From contig OZ025694.1 in NCBI GenBank assembly GCA_964019335.1, positions 372,001 through 436,000 on the forward strand: 64,000 nt of DNA, in the 5' to 3' direction. Below the pieces are notes generated by a model. The model had not been told where the DNA came from. It saw only the letters and a list, made by a program, of their open reading frames with translations, and did not search any database. Shown here piece after piece: positions 56,618-64,000 of the stretch. Each line of letters opens with the position of its first letter. Positions within the stretch are counted from its first letter, which is position 1. The position numbers and the translations under genes were made by a program. The stretch is from Diplonema japonicum (lineage: Eukaryota; Protista; Euglenozoa: Diplonemea).

Positions 56618-57231
56618 TTTTATTTCACTCTTCAGAAATTACTTCACGCACTGGGGGGCCCATTACTTCACGCTAAATCTCATTACTTCACGCTAAATCT
56701 CATTACTTCACGGTGAAATAATGGCCTGTTTTCCGTGAAGTAACAGGGGGTTTCCGTTAAATAATATGCCTCGGTAGGCCAATTTTTGCCTCGGTTCGGT
56801 TTCCAGTGGGGCTACTTTTTCCTCTCAGTTTGCTATTTCCCCCCAGGTTCAGTTCAATTGGCCAACTTTTGCCTCGGCTCAGTTCCAAGTTGGACTACTT
56901 TTTCCTCCCAATTTGCCCACTTTTGGCTAGGCCTTGTTCCCAGTTTCTGGGGGTAACTCTTCTGTGGGTAAGGGTAACTTAGTCAGTCTCCCCAAATGAC
57001 TTCAAAATACCGAAGCAGCAGAAAAAAAGGAGCCAGCGGCCGCGCCAGGTATGGGAAGGCCTGATTAGAGATGGTGACAGTGGCAATGCCAGCGACAGCG
57101 GCAGCTCTTAGTCAACAAAAGGAGGGAAAACAACTTGTATTGTAACCTTTGTAACCCCTCTCTTGTTGTACCCCTTGTCACCCTGTTGTGCCCCTCGTGG
57201 TGAAGTAATTTCAGAGTGTCGTGAAATAAAA
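56618..57231. mobile_element. Probable ~614-bp MITE with imperfect TIRs and subterminal TTACTTCACG repeats
   Basis: TTTTATTTCAC..GAAATTACTTCAC at left, GTGAAGTAATTTC..GTGAAATAAAA at right; 20-nt tandem CATTACTTCACGCTAAATCT; no clear TSD. Confidence 0.6.
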
Positions 57232-57236
57232 CCACT

Positions 57237-57368
57237 TACCTACCGCCAAGTAATGCTTTACCGACCTCTCGGTTCCGCATTTTACCATCTCGGGCCCTGC
57301 GGGCCCTCGACGGTAAAATGCGGAACCTCGAGGTAACGGTAAAGTCATTACTTGTTGGCAGTAAATAG
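57237..57368. repeat. ~130-bp imperfect palindrome centred on GGGCCC-TGC-GGGCCC
   Basis: CAAGTAATG/CATTACTTG, CTTTACCG/CGGTAAAG, GGTTCCGCATTTTACC/GGTAAAATGCGGAACC arms. Confidence 0.85.
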
Positions 57369-57536
57369 CTATTATCAATTTGAGTAATTTTGACCGAAAG
57401 GTACTCGGGCTTGAACTTCCGAGTGGAGTACCAACTTGGCAGAAATCATGTTGAGCTTTTTCTTTTTTTTTTTTAAAGGGGGGCGCAAACTAGCCAGAGT
57501 CATTGCTTTGCTACACAGCAGTATCTTGTTGTTTGT

Positions 57537-58174
57537 GGTCGTTGCTAACCACTTCGTTTCCTATCATAGTGAATTTCTTTTTGTTTAAAACAAAAATAAT
57601 CTTGTTTCAACCAAAAAATAAAGACACTATAATTATACAACTATGTGAAAAAACAGTTTTTTTTTTTTTTATATATTTTTAAAAGCGTAGGAATTCATTT
57701 TATCTCTATTGACACCACCCCGATTAAGCTAAAGACCCTTCTTCTCCAAGCAGCAGTTTTTTTTTCTTCTTCTTCTTCTTTTTTTTTTTTTTGGATGAGA
57801 AACAAAGGGGCGTCTCACGAAGAACTTCTTTAACTTAACGGTCTTACGCGATCGGGGTGTGCATATAGGGTGGAGGACTTGATTCATTATCTTTTTTGCA
57901 AGAACGAGTCTTTGACTTGTCTAAACAAAAGGGGAACGTTGGCAACGTGTTTCGGGTTGACAAACTTCTCCAGGTTTTACCCGGGCACGTACAAACAACG
58001 GCTAGTTCCTTTTTTTTTTCCTTTTTTTTTTTTTTTTTTTCCTCAAGCGACGGTCATCCGACTCTTTTTTCGCGGGCCGTTGCTACTTCGTTCCTATCAT
58101 AGTGAACTTTTTTTCAAGAGATAGATTGAGACTCTTCAGGCGTCCTGCCACTTACCGCAGGTACCCTTAAATGT

Positions 58175-58177
<3 letters not shown>
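57537..58177 (+). mobile_element. Cluster of short retroposon 3' ends: family B (57537-57572, 58071-58105), LINE-2 tail (57793-57836), family D (58114-58177)
   Basis: Matches to other copies in the window; each adjacent to T tracts. Confidence 0.65.
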
Positions 58178-58214
<37 letters not shown>

Positions 58215-58591
58215 TCGAACTTGCTGTTTTATGCAGCGAGTGTGCGATTGGGGGGTAAAAATTCCGATTATTTATTGATAAAGTTTCGAACCCAATTTTT
58301 TTTTAAAAAAAAACAACGCAAATAAAAGCCCCTTATTAGTGCCTCCCCCGACGATGGAAATTTTGCGCGGCCCATTTTCAAAGTAGTTACTTGGACATCG
58401 GGTCCAGGAGTACAACGAAATGCTGAAACACCTGGGGGAGGCCAATGTAGAGGTGGAATATATTTGTGTCATTTTCTTTCTCGACGACTATTCTTATTTC
58501 TTACTCTCCCCCCCCCCCCCCCCCCCCCCCCGGAAAACCACCCCTTAAAAAAAAAGAAAATATGTTTTTTCCCCCCTCAATGCCCACCTTT

Positions 58592-58870
58592 TAAGGTGGT
58601 GATTGATGTGGGGATAACATGGAAATTTGTTCGCTGTTGACCTCCTCGTCGGTCATCACCGGTAGCGCCCGAGTGGGAGAACGTATTGCAGATGTTCAGG
58701 GTGACGAACAGGCAGCAAACTGCACGAGCGCAGAATCTTGGTTATCAACCCGGGTCGCCCCCGGCTAGGGTTGAGTTGCACACACCCGCACGCATTAAGG
58801 ACACGACGCGGAACGCAGAAGAAGCTGCAGCTCGGCCGAGGTGCGCCCCCTGTAATCAAGTAGACAGTTC
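58592..58870 (-). mobile_element. Dispersed repeat family H
   Basis: Aligns to 34018-34300. Confidence 0.75.
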
Positions 58871-59764
58871 GTGCTTCGTTGCCCACTTAACACCACTTAG
58901 GTTGCAATCAAAGCCCCATTTTTTTTTTTAAATGTACTTTCGCTTGAAAAATAGAAAAAGGGGATGATCAAAAGGAGAAAAGGTTGGAAGAGAAAACAAC
59001 GGGAAGTATTTATATTCCCTTTTTTTTTCTGTTTTCCGTATTGCCTTTTTTCTCTTCTCTCTCTTTTATCATTTCTTTTTGAGGGAGAAAAAAAAACATA
59101 CAGAAAGGGGGTTTATTATTGTTTAGTTTTTGCCCCCCCCCCCCTCCCTACGATTTTTAATTTTTTTTAGATATGTAGAAACAAGGGGGACGCTCCAAAA
59201 CAGGAACCTCTTTTATCTCATCTCTTTCTTTTTTTCTTAAAAATACACATGTCTGTCTGACATTAGTTTCTGGGTTCTGACAGTTGTCTGTCAACTTCAT
59301 CTATGTTTCTAAGAAACCGCCTTCCTTGCTGATGTAGCAGGCTATTCCTTCTCATCCTTCTTCCTCTCTGTTTCTTAGTGTTTCCTTTTCTTTCTTCTCT
59401 TGCTATACTGGTAGGAGGGGGGGGGGGGGGGGGGGGGTAAATGCGGCATGGGTGGTGTGGCAGTTGTTATAGTCCGCTATCAAAAGGGCTGGTACAGTCT
59501 TTCACAGCTTTTATTTATTAATTTCAGTTGTGCAACTCTTTTGTGCTGACCCCGTTTGCAACATGCTCTTTCGTTTGACAGAAGTGCGCACCCTGGTAAA
59601 GCTCTTCATTTCATTACAGAGGTTTCGTATAAATAAATAAAGAAAACGACTACTGGGGGTGGCAAACCCTGCCCTCTAGGCGTATCCGACTATCTACTGG
59701 CCCACCCGGGCCTATCCCTGCCCACCCGTCCTACTACCCAGGCAGAAAAAACGGGGGTCCTGCA

Positions 59765-59844
59765 AGAAAAGCTACCGGACAGACAAATGTTCGGGTTATT
59801 TTAGCATCCGGGAGTTTGTCCGTCCGACATTTTTCACTTCACAG
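59765..59844. mobile_element. Orphan right end of a ...ACAG|TA TIR element
   Basis: CCGGACAGACAAATGTTCGGGTT...ATCCGGGAGTTTGTCCGTCCGACATT...CACAG|TA parallels 12025-12105. Confidence 0.6.
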
Positions 59845-59981
59845 TATTTTGTTTTTTTTTTTCCCCCTTCCTCTTAATTCTCTTAAGGCTGACAGGCCGC
59901 CAGTACCTCCCCAAACCTTTCCTGTTTCTCTTTTTTTTGGGTTAAAAGAAAAAAAAAAAAAAAAAACACACAAATAAAAAG

Positions 59982-60419
59982 GTGGTGACGGGAGGGGGTT
60001 ATTTCCCTATTTTCTTTTTCTTTCCGCATGTGGCTGAAACCCACGGTCCTGGCGCTGTTGTCAAGTACTGGTGGTGGGAGCAGCGCACACAAAAAAATGA
60101 ATCCGAGGACCTGATACAAAATGCCGCCACACTCTACCTAACTGGAATGGGGTGTGGATCGGTAATGGGAAAATACACAAAGCAGCGGAATAGCCGAATA
60201 TGGGCGAACGGGGAACGAAGAATGTACTGGGGACAGGACAGCCGATGGCACATCACCGACAGAGTGGGTGACGTGACCAAAAACCTCGGTTTAATCACTA
60301 GCGATGGACCGTTGTTGACCGGTCGGTCGAAGCCCCACCTCGGGCAGCTTCCGCACCAAGTGGACGAGTGGGACATCGTGGCGGGAAGACAGTGCTTCGC
60401 CAGGCAGGTTATGAAGTAG
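59982..60419 (+). pseudogene. Fragment of an uncharacterised Trp/Gly-rich domain
   Basis: Protein-like, GC-richer stretch (GKYT...WANGERRMYW...WHITD...KNLGLITSD...HLGQLPHQVDEW) lacking a convincing start; could be an exon. Confidence 0.35.
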
Positions 60420-60495
60420 TTGTTGTTTTGATTTGACGCCCCCCCCCCCCCCCCCTTTCCCCCCCTCTTTTTTTTTTACCGTATTACAAAACAAA

Positions 60496-60996
60496 AACCC
60501 TTGCATCGGGGCCTACAGGTCGGACAACCCGAACGGCTGGGACCCATGCTCCGGGAAGTACATGGACTGCCCGAACTGCAAGTTCCACGAGAACATCTTG
60601 GCGCAGAACTGCTCAGCGCAGCTTGACTGGTTGAAGAAGACCACGTCGCAGATCAACAAGAACGACTGGGTCATCGTGGTGGGGCACCACGCAGCATGGG
60701 AGATCAACTCCGCGGACCCCACCTCCGTCTTGCAGGAGTACGGCTTCTAGCTCTACATGAACGGGCAGACCACCACCCACGAGCTCAACATGTACACGGT
60801 GGACGGGAAGGGGGACTACATCACCACAGGGGCAGGCACTATGGTCGCCATCCCCGCAAAGAAGGGAGAGGAGGAAGAGAAGGTGGAGGAGGGTGTCGCC
60901 CCTCGCCCACACCCACGAGTACACCTGGTACCAAGTCGCTGGCTTCACCACCCACAGTTTCGACTCCACCTTCACCACCCTCACTACTAAGTTTGT
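60496..60996 (+). pseudogene. C-terminal half of a purple acid phosphatase/TRAP-type metallophosphoesterase, disrupted
   Basis: AQLDWLKK...DWVIVVGHH; GF*LYMNGQTTTH (decayed GHxH); YITTGAG; VAGFTTHSF; in-frame TAG 60748-60750 and a frameshift near 60900; N-terminal motifs absent. Confidence 0.7.
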
Positions 60997-61276
60997 GCGC
61001 AAAGGAGCGTGGCCTCTCTTGCGACCTATTGGCATGAGGCTCTTGGCTGGGTCAAGGGTGGGCATCGTTCAAGACGGGAATCCCAAAGATCACCCATTGG
61101 GATTTGACAAAGCTGATTCTCTTCTCGGAGTAATTTCAGGTCAGCTCTACTTTTTACAAACGTAGTTCTGTGTTTATTTCTTTTTTACAACTGTATTTTT
61201 GTTATTCGTTTTTCTTATCCTCTCCACCCCCCATTCTTAATCACTTCAGCTACCTGCACAACAACAACTACAAAGT

Positions 61277-63185
61277 ATGGATCCTTCGACACTTCAGAAG
61301 TACGAGCAAGGGGAGCTCCTCGGGTCCGGCGGACAGGGGTCGGTGTACAAGGCAGTGAGGAGGGTGATGGAGGTATCTTTGCGATGAAGGTGTTGGAGGC
61401 GCTCGCAGAAGAGGTGCACAAGAAGAACGTGGAGGAGGTGCAGCACATGCTGAAGCTGAAGCACAGGAACCTGGTTCCCTGCCTTGACTTCTTCGAGACG
61501 ACAAAGCAGCTGGCAAAGGAATCCCTTGCGAAGGTGTGGCGGGTTCAAATCGTGATGCCCTTGTACGGAAAAGGGGACCTCAACTCATGCGTTCAAAAGG
61601 AGGGACCCCTCTCTCCTGAGAGGGCGGACCGGCTCTTGCGGGAGATGGGAGGGGTCCTTCAGTACATTCACGGTGAGGGCTTCATCCACAGGGACGTGAA
61701 ACCCCAAAACATCATGGTGTCGGGGAAGGTATCTCCTCCTTCTGCGGCCAGTGTCGTTGGTGGCGGCTGCGGGGGGGAGGCAGAGTTCATCCTGGCTGAC
61801 CTGGGATGTCGAAGGAGGTGTCCTCCGGTGGGGTAGCGAGCACCAAAATAGGCACACCAGCTTACATGGCACCCGACATCTTAAACGTAGAGGACGACAA
61901 CTACACCAACAAAGTAGACATGTGGGCCCTTGGGGTGACTGTGTGCAACGTGGTGCTCCGAGAAGACCTGAGGAGTCTCTTTCTGAAGTACCTGCATCCT
62001 AACAGGGAGCTTGTGATGGAGACACTTCAGACCCACCTCCCCCCTGCCCTCTTCGGGGTTGTGCTCCGCCTCCTCTCCACCGACCCTTTGGAACGGGCCA
62101 GTGCAGCTGAGATGCTTCAGACGGTACCCCCTGGGATGGTTCCTCAGCCGACTGGAATAGTTCTTCTCGCGTTTGGGAGTGTTGATGGTGGAGAAGAGAG
62201 GAAAAGGAAGCTCTGCGTGGCTGTGGGAGCAGGAGCGGAGGAGGTTCGAGTGGCGGCAGCAAAGGCCTTCTCTTCGGGGGGGCAGGAGCTCCTCAGGGTG
62301 CGCAGGTTGGAGGTCTTCGACAAGGACTTCGGGGAGTTCGTGGAGGAGGACTACGGGGACATCGTGTTCGAGGACAAGGGACGGGTCCGTGTCGTGTTTG
62401 AAGCACCGCTCCCAACCACCGCCACTTCTTCAGCCACCTGTGACAGCAGCAACATGCCACCCTGCTTCATCCCACCTGCTGCGAACAACAACAACAACAA
62501 CAACACCACCCTCACAAAAGAGGAGGGGAGGCTTGCCTTGGTCAACGCTGTTTCAGAAGGCGACCTTGACCTTCTAGAGCGGGGTGTTGACCCTGGTGCA
62601 GCGGACAGCAATGGTTTCACAGCCCTGCACCGTGCAGCTGGAAACAACTGTGTGGAGGCTGTGGCTGCTCTCGTCTGTTCTTACCACCAGGACCCTGGTG
62701 TCAAAAGCAACGACGGTCGGACACCGCTTCATTCTGCAGCACTGAACGGCCACCTCGAGACCGTTAAATATCTTGTCGAAACTCGGGGTCTCGACGCAGG
62801 TGTCAAAAGCAACGACGGTTGGACACCGCTTCATCAAGCAGCACTGAACGGCCACCTCGAGACCGTTAAATATCTTGTCGAAACTCGGGGTCTCGACGCA
62901 GGTGTCAAAAGCAACGACGGTCGGACACCGCTTCATTCTGCAGTACAGAACGGCCACCTCGAGACCGTTATATATCTTGTCGAAACTCGGGGTCTCGACG
63001 CAGGTGTCAAAAGCAACGACGGTTGGACACCGCTTCATCAAGCAGCACTGAACGGCCACCTCGAGACCGTTAAATATCTTGTCGAAACTCGGGGTCTCGA
63101 CGCAAGTGTAAGCAACGACGGTTGGACACTGCTTTCTCTAGCCAAATTGAGCAAAAACCCCAAGCTGGTTAGTTATCTGTCATAG
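61277..63185 (+). CDS. Ser/Thr kinase - PB1/ubiquitin-like module - ankyrin array; two single-base frameshifts (~61365, ~61806), pseudogene or sequencing error
   Basis: MDPSTLQKYEQGELLGSGGQGSVYKAVR from 61277; FAMK...HRDVKPQN...ADLG in next frame; MAPD, DMWALG and the rest in ORF 61806-63185; both shifts repaired by +1 base in a short homopolymer. Confidence 0.8.
62697..63104 (+). repeat. 4 x 102-nt near-identical ankyrin repeats
   Basis: Units start 62697, 62799, 62901, 63003; GVKSNDG(R/W)TPLH(S/Q)A(A/V)(L/Q)NGHLETV(K/I)YLVETRGLDA. Confidence 0.95.
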
Positions 63186-63359
63186 GCGTTTTGAGTGAGG
63201 GGCAGCCCCGACCCAAAGCACGTCTAGTATGAAAGAGCGCTTTATTGCGCATAAACAATGAAAGCAAGGAAGTGGCATTAAAAAAAAAAAAAAAGCGATG
63301 GCTGTGGTGATCGTTGCAAGAGCGCCTATTGGAAGTATTGGACCGTTCGGTTAACAGTA

Positions 63360-64000
63360 GAAGGAAACGAGGAGGCAGACCAACTCGCCAGCGACGGCAG
63401 AGACAAGTAAACAACACAGAAGATAATCATGGGTTGCGGCAAAGAACCACCTAAAAGAAAAGCTGGGAAGCGGGAAATATTAGCAGGGTTGAACAAGGAA
63501 AAGACATACAATAAGTGGGCAGGTAGAACGGAAGCACCAAAGAAGATGGAAGGGCTGAACAGGAAGGAAGAAGTACTGATCAACCAGCTGAAGACTGGGC
63601 ACCATGACCTGCTGAAGGTGGGATACGCCGAGCAGCGAAGTTGCGTGAAGTGCGGCCCCAACACGAAGCGAACCCTCCAACATCCTTCCTAGACTGCCCG
63701 TCATCCAAAGCAAGCAGGGACAAACACTTCGACACCCTGACGCTGAGACACATCCTTGTGGAGAACCCACGAAAAGCAATCCAATATCTCGAAGACACCG
63801 GGGACCTGCCCCCCTCCGCAACAACTCCACAACAACCAACTAACCTGCCGAAGTAGCATGCCAATCCGAAGGCGGCTGAGGCCTTGAAGATTCATTCAGA
63901 ATCCCGAGATCCCATCCCAGATCCCCAAGAGGGTACAATCCTGTTTCTCGCAGAAACAAAGAACATACCAACAACCCTCCACCACAGCAGCCGACGAATC
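63360..64000 (+). mobile_element. 3' fragment of an Ingi/I-group-like LINE (CCHC region and 3' UTR), runs to window end; preceded by a family-A end at 63295-63360
   Basis: LNRKEEVLINQLKTGH...CVKCG...TLQH/FLDCP (frameshifted zinc knuckle typical of I/Ingi/R1-type ORF2 C-termini); stop 63856; UTR shared with 32667-32797. Confidence 0.75.

Noticed and set aside
31401-60750. Stop-codon reassignment suggested by in-frame TAGs at 31401 and 60748
   Set aside because: TAG terminates the GPCR, the EGF protein and kinase 2 normally; long ORFs have no internal TAG; the phosphatase fragment is independently decayed.

Overview
Eukaryotic (most likely euglenozoan, diplonemid-like; inferred, not proven) genomic window. 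All real genes are intron-less as read and on the + strand, separated by intergenic DNA rich in A/T and G/C homopolymers with pyrimidine-tract/AG acceptors, as expected for polycistronic transcription with trans-splicing. Genes: two tandem paralogous giant type-I membrane mucins with a Cys-rich biomphalysin-small-lobe-like head (526-8784, 15099-23042); two paralogous Ser/Thr kinases that share an unannotated ~78-aa PB1/ubiquitin-like module but end in different near-identical repeat arrays (LRR at 30327-32597, ankyrin at 61277-63185; both have reading-frame defects); a cAMP-receptor/GCR1-like 7TM protein; a 3145-aa PAN/apple + EGF-like membrane protein; a secreted PLAT-like/Pro-Thr/WSC protein; and a purple-acid-phosphatase pseudogene fragment. 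Mobile DNA: a 5'-truncated APE-RT-zinc-finger LINE (34349-37983), roughly 25 short, same-orientation, T-tract-terminated retroposon 3' ends from about nine families, Ingi/I-like LINE tails behind both kinase genes, and several MITEs (TA-flanked CTGT...ACAG family, a GAG...CTC/ATAT element, hAT-like ends, foldbacks). Best candidates for new biology: (1) the modular kinase-PB1-like-variable-repeat sensor family, (2) head-restricted diversification of otherwise homogenised mucin-stalk receptors, (3) T-tailed, strand-biased LINE/SINE families stacking in polypyrimidine tracts.
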